Of a DNA stretch of 59,198 nucleotides, positions 47,554-58,415 are shown piece after piece. A model generated the notes under the pieces. It was not told the origin of the DNA. It was given only the letters and a program-made list of their open reading frames with translations, and did not search any database. Within the stretch, counting starts at the first letter, position 1, and every line of letters begins with the position of its first letter. The position numbers were made by a program, and so were the translations under genes. The stretch covers positions 1 to 59,198 of the forward strand of contig JBKCUU010000113.1 of assembly GCA_046318155.1 (NCBI GenBank). Direction: 5' to 3'. This DNA is from Bdellovibrio sp. Its GTDB lineage: Bacteria > Bdellovibrionota > Bdellovibrionia > Bdellovibrionales > Bdellovibrionaceae.

Positions 47554-48033
47554 ATGGCAAAACAGGTGCGCGAATTTCTTGATCAAACAGAAGGTATTAT
47601 GGCGAAAGATTATCTTATCGCCAATGGTGTCATGGCTGAACTAGAGGGCGTGCGCGAGTACGCTTCTTATGTCGTCGGTGGCACCCAAGGCCGATATTCA
47701 TTGATGGTCGAAGAGACCGATCTGGAGAAAGCGGTTGATCTTTTAAGGCGATCGCAAATTGCCGTGATCGAAAAACATGAACCTCAAACCGAAACCAGTT
47801 CTGTTGCGTTTCGTCGCTCAGTCAGCTTTGCCTTTTTGGCAATGTTATTGATACCTTGGATTGGAAACTATATTTCGATCCGCGAGGCACTGAAATACGC
47901 CCGCATGAAGCCCCGTCAGACCTCGACTTCAATCTTCATCATGGTGATTTCAGTTTTGCAATTGCCAGGAGCGGTGTTGGGCCTGTTCTTGATGCAACAG
48001 GCCCTTGAGGCCCTAGGATTTGGTGCCAAATAG
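47554..48033 (+). CDS. DUF2007-like membrane protein
   Basis: MAKDYLIANGV...LMVEETDLEKAVDLL plus two TM helices. Confidence 0.55.
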   Translation: MAKQVREFLDQTEGIMAKDYLIANGVMAELEGVREYASYVVGGTQGRYSLMVEETDLEKAVDLLRRSQIAVIEKHEPQTETSSVAFRRSVSFAFLAMLLIPWIGNYISIREALKYARMKPRQTSTSIFIMVISVLQLPGAVLGLFLMQQALEALGFGAK

Positions 48034-48435
48034 TTTTCGATCAAGCGAGAAATTGCCAGAACCGATCGCGATAAACACAATGGAGATCAGCAGGTAAACA
48101 ACGGGAAGTTCGAAAGACTTGGGTCCGATGAAGGGATCCCCCATCACGACGGCGTGCAGATACGTCGCTCCCAACATCGTGAAGACCATTCCTAGACACG
48201 CGAGCGGAAACAACAGCCCAAGGATAAGAGCGAGACCTCCGCCGAACTCAGCGAAGGCACCTAAAAATTGCAAGAAACCAGGTACGGGCGAATCAGGTCC
48301 CATCCAATTAAGGGGTGACTGAATTTTTCCCCAGCCGTGCATCATGAAGGCGACGCCCATGACCACTCGCAAGAGAAGCAACGCGGCTGAGCCCCAAAGA
48401 TTTTGATTTCTGACAGAAAAAATTTTTTTCACCAT
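48013..48435 (-). CDS. DoxX family membrane protein
   Basis: LLLRVVMG..MMHGWGK, EFGGGLALILG. Confidence 0.88.
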   Translation of the reverse strand: MVKKIFSVRNQNLWGSAALLLLRVVMGVAFMMHGWGKIQSPLNWMGPDSPVPGFLQFLGAFAEFGGGLALILGLLFPLACLGMVFTMLGATYLHAVVMGDPFIGPKSFELPVVYLLISIVFIAIGSGNFSLDRKLFGTKS

Positions 48436-48630
48436 TCACCTCGTCACAAAAGTGTAGAAGAGGTCCTTCGCAGTTTCAAAGCTCTTTTCTTTGGCTACGC
48501 ATCCATTCTGTGCCCCCGGCGTAGAGCCGAGTGACAACTTCAAGCTTGCGGTCATCGCTTTCTTGAAGTACCCTCAAGAGGTCTTTATTTTATATTTTTC
48601 GAATTAAGGGACCCATTAAAGGAACTATTT

Positions 48631-49362
48631 ATGGCAGTTCAAACCGAAAGAGTCCTCGAAATTCTGAAAAAGGAACTCAAGTCCAAGAAAATGAAATACG
48701 AAGACATGGCCGAGCGGCTGGGCATGAGTGTGTCGGGACTAAAAAAATCACTCGCCTCTGATGACCTTAGCGTCAGTCGATTGCAAAAGATCTGCGATGT
48801 TCTCGGTGTTCCCTTGGTCGAGATTCTTGCGGCCGCGGATGATGAAAAAGTGCAGGATGTTTATTTAACCGAGGAGCAAGAAACGCTTCTGCTAAAAAAT
48901 GCAGAAGTCTTTCATCTGTACTGGAAGCTTAGATTTGAGAATGTTCCTTTACACCGCTACACGCAAAGTTCAAAAGCCCGCCGCGAAGATGTTCGAGACC
49001 GGCTGCGCCTGCTTGAAAAAGTTGGTTTGGTGAAGATCAACAACAAAGGCGATCTTGAGTTTTCGGATAAAGGAATGATCCGTTGGAGCAACTATGGCCC
49101 TTTGGTGGAGCACCTCAATCGAAAATGGTCTTCGGAATTGATTGATACAATTCTCAAAAAGAAAGACCCGCGAAGCGTTCTCAACCTCGCCCTCCTTCAG
49201 CTTAGTGAAACCAGCTTTGCTGAAATGAAAGAAGAAATTCGGCGGTTGCTTGATAAATATTCGACGCAATCAAGAAAAGACCGCATCAAACTAGAGGCTT
49301 CAAAAATTAAACGTGTTGCGGTCCTGATGGCCGCAGAAGAGCACCAATTCGTGAAAGCATGA
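48631..49362 (+). CDS. XRE-family HTH transcriptional regulator
   Basis: YEDMAERLGMSVSGLKK...RLQKICDVLGV. Confidence 0.85.
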   Translation: MAVQTERVLEILKKELKSKKMKYEDMAERLGMSVSGLKKSLASDDLSVSRLQKICDVLGVPLVEILAAADDEKVQDVYLTEEQETLLLKNAEVFHLYWKLRFENVPLHRYTQSSKARREDVRDRLRLLEKVGLVKINNKGDLEFSDKGMIRWSNYGPLVEHLNRKWSSELIDTILKKKDPRSVLNLALLQLSETSFAEMKEEIRRLLDKYSTQSRKDRIKLEASKIKRVAVLMAAEEHQFVKA

Positions 49363-49589
49363 TTCATCTCTTTCATCGGATTTCTGATTCGGATTCGGCA
49401 GAGTTGCGGCGCCTGATCGGGCAGCTTGGCCTTGAGGATATCCAGTACCGCAATGTTGATATGAGTGAATCAGCTCAGCAAGAAATGCAGTCAGCGTTGG
49501 GTCGATTGCAAGTTCCGGCTTTACTGACAAAAGAAGGGCAATGGATCGTGGGCCTGCAAGCTGCACGGCAATTTTTGGAAGGACTGTAA
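49359..49589 (+). CDS. Small glutaredoxin-fold-like protein lacking CxxC
   Basis: YRNVD, QVPAL cis-Pro-type motif; coupled to the upstream gene. Confidence 0.55.
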   Translation: MIHLFHRISDSDSAELRRLIGQLGLEDIQYRNVDMSESAQQEMQSALGRLQVPALLTKEGQWIVGLQAARQFLEGL

Positions 49590-49659
49590 AATGAAAAACT
49601 CTTCAATTCTCTGGTCACTGAGTCTATTTTTTTGATCGAGTAGCTCAGGATTTCTTGTT

Positions 49660-50328
49660 ATGAAAGATCATATCTCAGTTCTGATTCAGACGCCGTGTTC
49701 TTGCTATGCCGACGCCAAAGACCGCTCTGAGGAAATTGACCGTCTTCTGGGCTTTGAGTGCGCAAGAGTAGAGGTGGAGGTTCGCACAGGGGCACACAAC
49801 CAGTCCAACTGGTCGCATCTTTCTGAGCAGGCGTTTCAGACTCCATACCCGGAGTTGTTCCAGATTTTAAAGTGTTTTGAGTCCTCGACCAAGCCGGCGA
49901 AGTGGGTTGATTTTGGTTGCGGATATGGTCGCCTCGGGCTGATTCTTGATTGGTATCGCCCCCTTGATCGATGGATCGGATATGAATTTATTGAGGCCCG
50001 GGTTCGTGAAGGCAACCGAGTGCTTTCGCATTGGTGCGAGGGGCGCCCGCAAATTATGAATGTCGACCTCAATTCGGAATTCGAGATTCCTGAGTTTGAT
50101 GTCGGGTTTATCTTTGATTTTGGCACGGCGGCAGAAATCTCGGCATTTTTGAAACGATTGAGAGGCCGCGCTATCCAGCGTCCCATCAGCTTGATTGGAC
50201 GAGGGCGAGCGACGAGGCACTTAATTTCGAATGAGCACCCTTGGTTGTCGCAGGTTGAAGAACCCTTGCAGACAGAGCATTGGACGCTTTATCGTTCCGG
50301 GACCGCAAGCCTTGGAGGTGCAACTTGA
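49660..50328 (+). CDS. Class I SAM-dependent methyltransferase
   Basis: FQTPY, VDFGCGYGR, GYEF. Confidence 0.75.
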   Translation: MKDHISVLIQTPCSCYADAKDRSEEIDRLLGFECARVEVEVRTGAHNQSNWSHLSEQAFQTPYPELFQILKCFESSTKPAKWVDFGCGYGRLGLILDWYRPLDRWIGYEFIEARVREGNRVLSHWCEGRPQIMNVDLNSEFEIPEFDVGFIFDFGTAAEISAFLKRLRGRAIQRPISLIGRGRATRHLISNEHPWLSQVEEPLQTEHWTLYRSGTASLGGAT

Positions 50329-50330
50329 AC

Positions 50331-50702
50331 ATGTTGGATTGGACACTTCGAATTTTGGTCGGCGCCAATTTTTTGTTTTTTGGACTTAACGGCTTTTTCT
50401 ATTGGGTGGGGATCCCCCAGGCCGAGCCGAGAATGAAAGACTTTGTGGGAGCGCTTGAGAGAACCGGGTACCTCATGCTCGTTGTTAAATCTTTGGAAGT
50501 TGTCTGCGGGGCCTTTATTTTGACAGGATTTTTGGTTCCACTGGCCTTGATCCTCTTGGCCCCGATCGTGTTTGTTATCATTTCGGCGCAGCTTGTGTTG
50601 AATGGACGGCGAGGGTGGAGTATCTCGGCATTGACGGGATTGCCGTTTTTAGGACTTTTGTTTTTGCATCAGGATGCGTACTTAACCCTTTTCAAGACTT
50701 GA
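50331..50702 (+). CDS. DoxX-like membrane protein
   Basis: LRILVG..FLFFGLNGF, TGYL..VKSLEVVCG; GGAGG RBS. Confidence 0.8.
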   Translation: MLDWTLRILVGANFLFFGLNGFFYWVGIPQAEPRMKDFVGALERTGYLMLVVKSLEVVCGAFILTGFLVPLALILLAPIVFVIISAQLVLNGRRGWSISALTGLPFLGLLFLHQDAYLTLFKT

Positions 50703-50709
50703 GGTTTTT

Positions 50710-51198
50710 ATGCCAGTTGAGACGGCGACTCTTGCGGGCGGATGTTTTTGGGGAATGGAAGATATCTTACGCAAAATTTCAGGGGTTCTCAAGACTCGCG
50801 TGGGCTACACGGGCGGCAAAGTTCAGAACCCCACTTATGAGATGATCTGCACCGGAGAAACCGGGCATGCCGAAGCGCTCGAAATCCAGTTTGAAAACAC
50901 GGTCCTGACCTATACAGAAGTGCTCGAAAAATACTTTTTCAGAATGCACAATCCCACGACCATGAATCAGCAGGGGAATGACGTTGGATCACAGTACCGG
51001 TCTGCGATCTATTTTCACACTGAAACGCAAAAACAAATCGCGATTGAGGTTCTGGAGCGCGTCCAAGCCTCTGGATTTTGGCAAAAACCGATTGTCACAG
51101 AAGTGACACCTGCGAGCGTCTTTTATGCAGCCGAAGAGTATCATCAGGATTACTTGGAAAAAAATCCAGGCGGCTATACTTGCCACTATTTGCGTTGA
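50710..51198 (+). CDS. msrA: Peptide-methionine (S)-S-oxide reductase
   Basis: GGCFWG, TGHAE, QYRSAI, AEEYHQDY, GYTCH. Confidence 0.95.
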   Translation: MPVETATLAGGCFWGMEDILRKISGVLKTRVGYTGGKVQNPTYEMICTGETGHAEALEIQFENTVLTYTEVLEKYFFRMHNPTTMNQQGNDVGSQYRSAIYFHTETQKQIAIEVLERVQASGFWQKPIVTEVTPASVFYAAEEYHQDYLEKNPGGYTCHYLR

Positions 51199-51232
51199 CG
51201 AAAACGCTCGGCGACGGAAAAAGCGCTAATCT

Positions 51233-52474
51233 TCATTTTGGCGGCCGCTGGTCCGTGTTTCCTAAATCCATGGCGAAGACTAAAGCTAGTTTTGAAAAGA
51301 CCGCCATATGCCTGAAGCTGGATTTGTTCGTTACTAGATCACGCGCACTGTGAATATCGGGATTCATCGTCCTGGTCGTGGACTCAAACGGCAGTAAAGC
51401 AGCGTAACCCTGACGGTGCCAGCTTGCATGGTCACTGCAAGCGTATCCGCATCGGTCATCAACAAGTTGAGCGTGCAAGTAGGTCTGGTTGACACTGACG
51501 AAGTAGTCTCGGAGCCAGGCGTTTGTGTAATCACTGATATTGCCAATAACCATTTCGCCTTCGCCTGGATAAAGTGTCATGTCCAGTTGAAGAACGGCGA
51601 CGACATCTGAGTTTTTAGCCTTATAGTCTTGTGCGATTTCTCCGGAACCTAGGAGCCCAGACTCTTCGCCCGCGTACCAAAAGAAATCTAAAGTTCTGGC
51701 CGGTGCCTTTGGTTGTGACAAAAGAATGCGAAGCGCTTCAATTAAATTTGATGAACCGCTTGCGTTGTCATCGGCCCCCGGAGCATCGGAGCTTGAACCA
51801 CCGCCCCAGCCGCCGCCTGCAATCGAATCCAAATGACCTCCCAGAACTAGGATCTCATTTGGTTTTTGTGATCCTTCGATCCGGAAGTGCAGAGAGTTTT
51901 GTCTGGTTGACTTGTGCGAGATCACGTTGAGGCTGGTTTTGAGCTTCGATGTCGCGGCCATTTGCTGCAACTTGCTTTTCAGTTCATCAACATGGCGGTT
52001 GGGACTAGCGGCCTTGTTAAAACGACTTCCAAAAGAGACGAGCCACTGGACACTGTCTTTGAGATTTTGCTCCGAGACTTCCAGGAGAGCGGCCTCAATC
52101 GCGGGATCCGTTTCGATCGGGCGCGGGAGTAAGGGAAGACGCTCAGCACGAGCATGATGTCTAAATACCTTTGCGGTTTGCTTGAGAACCTCAAGTGGAT
52201 CACTTGTTTCACTGAGCGCTTCATAGCCGCCGCAGGCGCCACTAAGATGGGAATCCGCCGAAAGTCGGGCCGTGATTTGGTCCGTGCCGTAAGTGATTGC
52301 CAGTCCCGTTTCGTCATCGTGAAAGAGCACGGGGATTTGCAAGCGCTCGAGCTTTTGTTTCTCAACAAGAATATACGACGGACGGGCAGCTCCTCCGTGA
52401 GCATGTGATGGATTGGATATAAGAAAAGATAGTAGAACGCCGGACACGGCGTATAGAACGAAGTTGGTTTGCAT
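51233..52474 (-). CDS. Exported M28 leucyl aminopeptidase
   Basis: GHLDS, GADDNASG, GEESGLLGS, QLDM, SDHASW. Confidence 0.9.
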   Translation of the reverse strand: MQTNFVLYAVSGVLLSFLISNPSHAHGGAARPSYILVEKQKLERLQIPVLFHDDETGLAITYGTDQITARLSADSHLSGACGGYEALSETSDPLEVLKQTAKVFRHHARAERLPLLPRPIETDPAIEAALLEVSEQNLKDSVQWLVSFGSRFNKAASPNRHVDELKSKLQQMAATSKLKTSLNVISHKSTRQNSLHFRIEGSQKPNEILVLGGHLDSIAGGGWGGGSSSDAPGADDNASGSSNLIEALRILLSQPKAPARTLDFFWYAGEESGLLGSGEIAQDYKAKNSDVVAVLQLDMTLYPGEGEMVIGNISDYTNAWLRDYFVSVNQTYLHAQLVDDRCGYACSDHASWHRQGYAALLPFESTTRTMNPDIHSARDLVTNKSSFRHMAVFSKLALVFAMDLGNTDQRPPK

Positions 52475-52760
52475 CCTGCTCCCCTTTAAGTTGCAACTAG
52501 CATAGTCAGCCGTTTGATTTTTGTCGCGATCATTCAGAATCGATAATTCTTATGGAATGAATCAAATTGACTCAAGTCAGCTGGACCTTTTTTGTCACGC
52601 AATGAAGGTCCCGACCAAAGTACAAGCAGTTACCGCTTGCTCCCATCACTCTGATCGATGGGATGTATCGACATTAAGAATTAGGAAGTGTTGCCTGCGA
52701 GGAGTAACTTGTAATGACCAACCAGCTTCCAATTAGGGAAGTGATGTAGAGGAGGTCACC

Positions 52761-53141
52761 ATGGTCCGAGTCGTTTTCAAAAACCTCGAAAAGTCTGAGT
52801 TCATCAAAGGTGTCGTGACGAACAAAATCACGCATGCTCTGGAGAAATTTCCAGAACTTGAGCATGCGACAGCAACGGTTACGGTTGGAATGGAGAACTC
52901 TCCATTCCATGCGGGTCCCGATTTGTTTCAGATCAAAATCATTCTGCTTTCTCGAGGCCTAAAGCCGATTATTCTAGAGAAGGAAGCCGGCAGTCCGTAT
53001 CAAGCCGCTGCTATTTTGACGGATCGTTTATTTGAAGTGCTTCATCGAGCGGTGGAAAGACGCCGGGAAAAATCAAGGTCCGAGCGGCGACATTGGAAAG
53101 GGTCGCCGCACTTGGGTCACGAGTGGCGGTCAGTCGGATAG
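52761..53141 (+). CDS. HPF/RaiA-like ribosome-associated protein
   Basis: VVFKNLEKSE...EKF...SPYQA; AGGAGG RBS. Confidence 0.65.
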   Translation: MVRVVFKNLEKSEFIKGVVTNKITHALEKFPELEHATATVTVGMENSPFHAGPDLFQIKIILLSRGLKPIILEKEAGSPYQAAAILTDRLFEVLHRAVERRREKSRSERRHWKGSPHLGHEWRSVG

Positions 53142-54101
<960 letters not shown>

Positions 54102-54213
54102 GATGCGGCATCACGAGTGTGAGGGGAGTGTTGCCGATGGTTTGCGTGATGTCTGAAAATGGGCGCCTGGGATTCTCCTGTTAAGAGGAGAATAGAGACT
54201 TCATCACCAATGC

Positions 54214-55236
54214 TCAAAGGCTGTCGTAAAGCTCAAGAAATCTCTGGACTCCGCGTGATACGACATGTTCTTGCCAGTCTGGTTCACTCGGAAAAAAGGC
54301 GTGGAGCATGGGCTCTATTCGCTTTGGATCCATTGACTTTTGATTTTGCCACCGAGCGTTCTCGAGGATAAGTGTTTTCATCACCGTCAGTAAGTTGCGT
54401 GTGCCAAACTCCTGCGTGAGGTAACCAATGCTGGCAGTAGGAAAAGTTTCAGGAAACAGATTTCCCAGGGTTCCCGTCGTGGGGTAGTAGCCCGGGCTGC
54501 GTGTATCGATGAGCTTGGTTTTAAACAGCGATTCAAGGTCCTGCGCTTTCTGGGCCGAAAGATCGGGCTCACCGATGAGAGATTCTTGCTTAAAAAAACC
54601 GAGGCCGGTGTGGGCGTCGAGCGCAAAAAGGACTTGAGGATTGAGCTCTGATTTTAGCCAGGCCTGGAGTTGCCTCAGTTCAGGCGTGCGCTGGGAGCCG
54701 GCATAAAACAACAAATTCGGATGAGTCGCTTGTCCGCGAGCGATAGCTTCAAGGACGGGCCCAATTCCAAAGCGAGAGATATCAGGAAGTTGAGCCGCAA
54801 GCCGCGACCAAAACTCCGGAGTCGACCGAGCGCTTAGGAATGGAGCGTAACGTTCAAATTCTAGATTGAGTGGTCGTTTGCCGTTCCAGGCATTACGATT
54901 GAGATCGACATTCTGGTGATTGCCTCGCCGGACCCATGCGCTGCCAAAGCAATTCAAATTATGGACAAACACAACCGACGGACCATTGGGCTTAACTCCT
55001 ATTTCGTGAAAGCGTTTTAGAATTTGCTGTTGGATGAGTGAGCCGACAAAAGCTTCTGGGCCGTGGGTTCCAGAAATCGAGATCAGAACACGGCTTGGGT
55101 CCGTTTTCAGGTGAATGTAGTGAGTGCGCAGTTTGCGGCCATCGGGACCCGCCTCTGGATGAACCCAGTCCGTGGACGCTCTCGCCCAAGGTTGGATTGA
55201 ATTTTCAAAGGAACGTTCAATTTCAGAAATAAACAC
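54214..55236 (-). CDS. M14-like zinc carboxypeptidase (DUF2817)
   Basis: SGTHGPE, NCFG, RRGN..NVDLNRN, DAHTGLG, QEFGT. Confidence 0.85.
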   Translation of the reverse strand: MFISEIERSFENSIQPWARASTDWVHPEAGPDGRKLRTHYIHLKTDPSRVLISISGTHGPEAFVGSLIQQQILKRFHEIGVKPNGPSVVFVHNLNCFGSAWVRRGNHQNVDLNRNAWNGKRPLNLEFERYAPFLSARSTPEFWSRLAAQLPDISRFGIGPVLEAIARGQATHPNLLFYAGSQRTPELRQLQAWLKSELNPQVLFALDAHTGLGFFKQESLIGEPDLSAQKAQDLESLFKTKLIDTRSPGYYPTTGTLGNLFPETFPTASIGYLTQEFGTRNLLTVMKTLILENARWQNQKSMDPKRIEPMLHAFFPSEPDWQEHVVSRGVQRFLELYDSL

Positions 55237-55515
55237 TGTTCTCTAGAACTAGCACGATTGAGGCTAAAACGAGAAAGCCAATCAGAGCAAATTTCCGAAC
55301 CATTGTTTTCTCCCGCTAACAGTTGAATGGATTGACTCGACTTAGATCGGGTTCGCTCTGAAAAATCTTTAGCCAAAAAATTTGGAGTTCGGAAAAATAA
55401 AGGTTCACGTCTCAATTCGATATCGTTCTGGATTTGATCAAAGACTGAGCATCGTCACGGGCTCGACAAAAATCCCAGGTTTAAACTCGTTGGTTTCGTT
55501 CTCACCGACGATCTC

Positions 55516-55531
55516 TAGGCATTCGTCTTGC
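55516..55531 (+). promoter_or_regulatory. Candidate sigma-54 (-24/-12) promoter
   Basis: TAGGCATTCGTCTTGC fits GG-N10-GC, about 27 bp before the ATG. Confidence 0.4.
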
Positions 55532-55558
55532 GACTCCCATGGCTAAAGAGGGGAACTT

Positions 55559-56284
55559 ATGCTTCAGAAACTACCAGTGGTTAGCGCCGCTCTCATGGTC
55601 ATGATTCTGTGCTGTTCTTGTTCAAAATCAGGTGCTTTCGGGACGAAGTTGCCAGGATCGAGCGAAGAAAGCTCGCAAATACCCACGACACCAAAACCTC
55701 CTGCCGGGTCGACCAAGTATGAGGCTCTAGCCTGGGAAACTTCGTCTAGGCCCGAACGAAAAAATTGGTCAAACTACATTTTTCAAGTTGTTGATGGCGA
55801 GTATCAGCGCTTGAACCGTGCGGTGGACATTTCATTCTTTTGCCCCCGTTACAACTCTCTTTCGAGAGAACAGCGGGTCAATGCCTGGGGTCAGTTGATT
55901 GTTGGCATGTCTTACTATGAAAGTGGTTGGAGCCCAACCTCACGCATGACCGAAACCACGATGGGAACAGATCCAATTACTGGAAAACAGGTCTCGAGCG
56001 AGGGTCTTTTACAGTTGTCATATCAAGACGTCCAGTGGGCGAAATACTGCGAATTTGACTGGAGGAAGGATAAAAATTTAGCCGGAAACGATCCAAGAAA
56101 GACGATCCTCGACCCCTACAAAAACCTGAGCTGCGGAATTAAAATCTTGGCCGGTCAAATTGATCGCAAGGGCGAGATCATTTTGAGGAGTGGTGTTTAC
56201 TGGGCGGTTCTTAAAGAGGGCGGAAAATATGAAAAAATCGATGAGATCGCCGGTTACGTCAAAAGACTGAGTTTCTGTAAGTAA
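55559..56284 (+). CDS. Lipoprotein with lysozyme-like/SLT transglycosylase domain
   Basis: Lipobox-like Cys; YESGW catalytic Glu; SEGLLQLSY; DPYKNLSCG. Confidence 0.75.
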   Translation: MLQKLPVVSAALMVMILCCSCSKSGAFGTKLPGSSEESSQIPTTPKPPAGSTKYEALAWETSSRPERKNWSNYIFQVVDGEYQRLNRAVDISFFCPRYNSLSREQRVNAWGQLIVGMSYYESGWSPTSRMTETTMGTDPITGKQVSSEGLLQLSYQDVQWAKYCEFDWRKDKNLAGNDPRKTILDPYKNLSCGIKILAGQIDRKGEIILRSGVYWAVLKEGGKYEKIDEIAGYVKRLSFCK

Positions 56285-56342
56285 TGCGTGAAATTGAGCC
56301 CAGTAACGTTGTTTTAGAGCTCAGGCATGTTAGTCTAGGTGC

Positions 56343-58247
56343 ATGAGGTTCGTATACGTCCTAGAAGACGACGTAAAATTTATGCACGAGATTACCGCGG
56401 CTTTGATGGCAGTGGACCCTTTGCTGCAGGTGCGTCAGTTTAAAAACTTGGCGGCATTTGCTGAATGGATCAAGCAGGTCGTGGCCGAAGGTGCAGCCGC
56501 CATTAAAAAAGGCGGAGTGGCTCCAGACGGTTTCAAATTCGAAGAAGTCTCGGAAAGCCAAGAATGCATTCTTCAGGTTGTGATTTCAAAAGTTGAAATC
56601 CTAGGACCCAGGCAACTGGGTCTGATAAAAAAGACCCGCGATCTTTTTACCAAGTATAAAATTTGTAGTGCAGAAGATCCAACGGCTTTTGTGCTCACGG
56701 CGTTTGAAGATCCGGCTTTCAAAATCACTGAACTTCGGGACCGAATCTTAAGCAATATTTTGATGAAGCCATTTGATAAACTGATCTTGCAGCAGCATCT
56801 GACTTTTGCGTTAGATGGGCGCCATCCGCCGTCTAAGCATGCGGTTGCTCCTTACAAAACAAAAGCCATTATCGAAGTCCTCAAAGTGGTCGACATGGAA
56901 ATTTTGAGTCTCATTGGATTTCGTTCGGTTGCCGATCGCGAAATTCCTGTCGGGTCCGTCGCAAAGTACTACGGCAAAGTTTTTACGAGTGACCGTCAGC
57001 GTTCGGTCATTGCAAAAGTAATTGAATGCCGTCCGCATCCGGCCAAGCCGGAAGAGTTTCAAGTGACGACCAGCTTTTTTGGCCTGGACCCGACACAGAT
57101 ATCGAATTTGCGACGACATGTCTTGGAGCAGAAAGACAAATACGTAGACAGCTCCCTCAGCGTGCGTCCGCTCAAGACAAAGCAGTCAGTTGGAATCGTT
57201 TTTGTCGAGGACCGAGACGAGGTATTTCAGCCTCTTGAATCCACGCTCAAGCGAAAAATCAAGGGTGCACGGATTGTTCGGTACCGCTCACTTAAAGAAA
57301 TTCTAGTTGAGGTAGATCCCAAGCTCGACCAGTCAGGACCGGTCGCGAAACCGTTTGGCGATAGCGCCTCTGCACTAGTCGAGGTTGATCTCCGCGGAAA
57401 AATTATTAAGCTCCCCGCCGCCGGGCTGAGCTTTGCCGGGCTGGCGTGGTCAATGGGGACTCTTCTAGTGGCTTGTCTTCGCGAGTCTGAACGGAAGAGT
57501 TTTGCTGATTGGCTTTTAAAGCCAGAGGGGAATTTTTTCTCCTCAATGGGCGTCGGCGAGCAGTCCTATGTCATGAAGATAACCCTTGTTCAGGGCCGAG
57601 AGTTTAAATTGGAAGAAGCGTCTGCGATAGAGCGAGCGGACTACCACCGCAAAAATTCTCAAATCGCCAAGGGCATTGATTTTATGTTTATCAGCAATCG
57701 ATTCGCCGGCCCCGATCGCTTGGATCTTTGGACTGAGGTTCTTGCGCGCCTGAAGGTCATGACCCGAAGTGATCAAATTCGAACGACGGTTCTTTCTGCT
57801 CAAGATTTTACCGATGAAGAGGAACGCCAGATGGCCCGGGTTTTTGATGATCTTTCTTATGTGCCTGTTGAGCGAGTCTACGTCATGCAAAAAATGCTTT
57901 TGATGAATCCGGGTCTCGAAATTTTAGAAGACCCAGTTGAGATTTACTCGATTCCGCATAAAGAAGTGATCAAATCTGCGCGTCCCGCCGAGATCGAAGA
58001 GCTTTCTGAGGCGGGTCTTGTCATGAAATATGAACGCAATGTGAGCGTGGGAAGTTTTCGTGAGTTTGTTTTATGGCAGCCCTACGAAATTGGCGCTCCT
58101 TATATCACGGCGACCTGCAACTATGCTGAATTGGTCGGATCCGAATGGAAGCTTCACTTTGTTTTCTTTGCGATGAAGGACGTTCTTCTTAAGGCGATTC
58201 GAAATTGGATTCTCGAAAACTATATTCTGTCGAAAGAAAAAGGCTAA
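56343..58247 (+). CDS. Signalling protein with repeated degenerate REC and PilZ-like domains
   Basis: VLEDD...LMKPFD; ILSLIGF; FVEDR...YVPVE; EELSEAGL. Confidence 0.6.
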   Translation: MRFVYVLEDDVKFMHEITAALMAVDPLLQVRQFKNLAAFAEWIKQVVAEGAAAIKKGGVAPDGFKFEEVSESQECILQVVISKVEILGPRQLGLIKKTRDLFTKYKICSAEDPTAFVLTAFEDPAFKITELRDRILSNILMKPFDKLILQQHLTFALDGRHPPSKHAVAPYKTKAIIEVLKVVDMEILSLIGFRSVADREIPVGSVAKYYGKVFTSDRQRSVIAKVIECRPHPAKPEEFQVTTSFFGLDPTQISNLRRHVLEQKDKYVDSSLSVRPLKTKQSVGIVFVEDRDEVFQPLESTLKRKIKGARIVRYRSLKEILVEVDPKLDQSGPVAKPFGDSASALVEVDLRGKIIKLPAAGLSFAGLAWSMGTLLVACLRESERKSFADWLLKPEGNFFSSMGVGEQSYVMKITLVQGREFKLEEASAIERADYHRKNSQIAKGIDFMFISNRFAGPDRLDLWTEVLARLKVMTRSDQIRTTVLSAQDFTDEEERQMARVFDDLSYVPVERVYVMQKMLLMNPGLEILEDPVEIYSIPHKEVIKSARPAEIEELSEAGLVMKYERNVSVGSFREFVLWQPYEIGAPYITATCNYAELVGSEWKLHFVFFAMKDVLLKAIRNWILENYILSKEKG

Positions 58248-58248
58248 C

Positions 58249-58279
58249 AGACGGGCTGGATCTTATATCCAGCCCGTCT
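58249..58279. terminator. Hairpin between convergent genes (likely bidirectional terminator)
   Basis: AGACGGGCTGGAT / ATCCAGCCCGTCT 13-bp stem. Confidence 0.7.
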
Positions 58280-58415
58280 TAAAAATCGAGTCGACAAATG
58301 TAATCGAATTTTGCGTGACGAATCAAGCGACAGGCCTCCATACGGCTCGTAGCTGTTTTTGTTTCGAGCCGATCGTTTGAAGTTTTTGGCTTGAAAGAAG
58401 CTTCTTTATCCTGGC

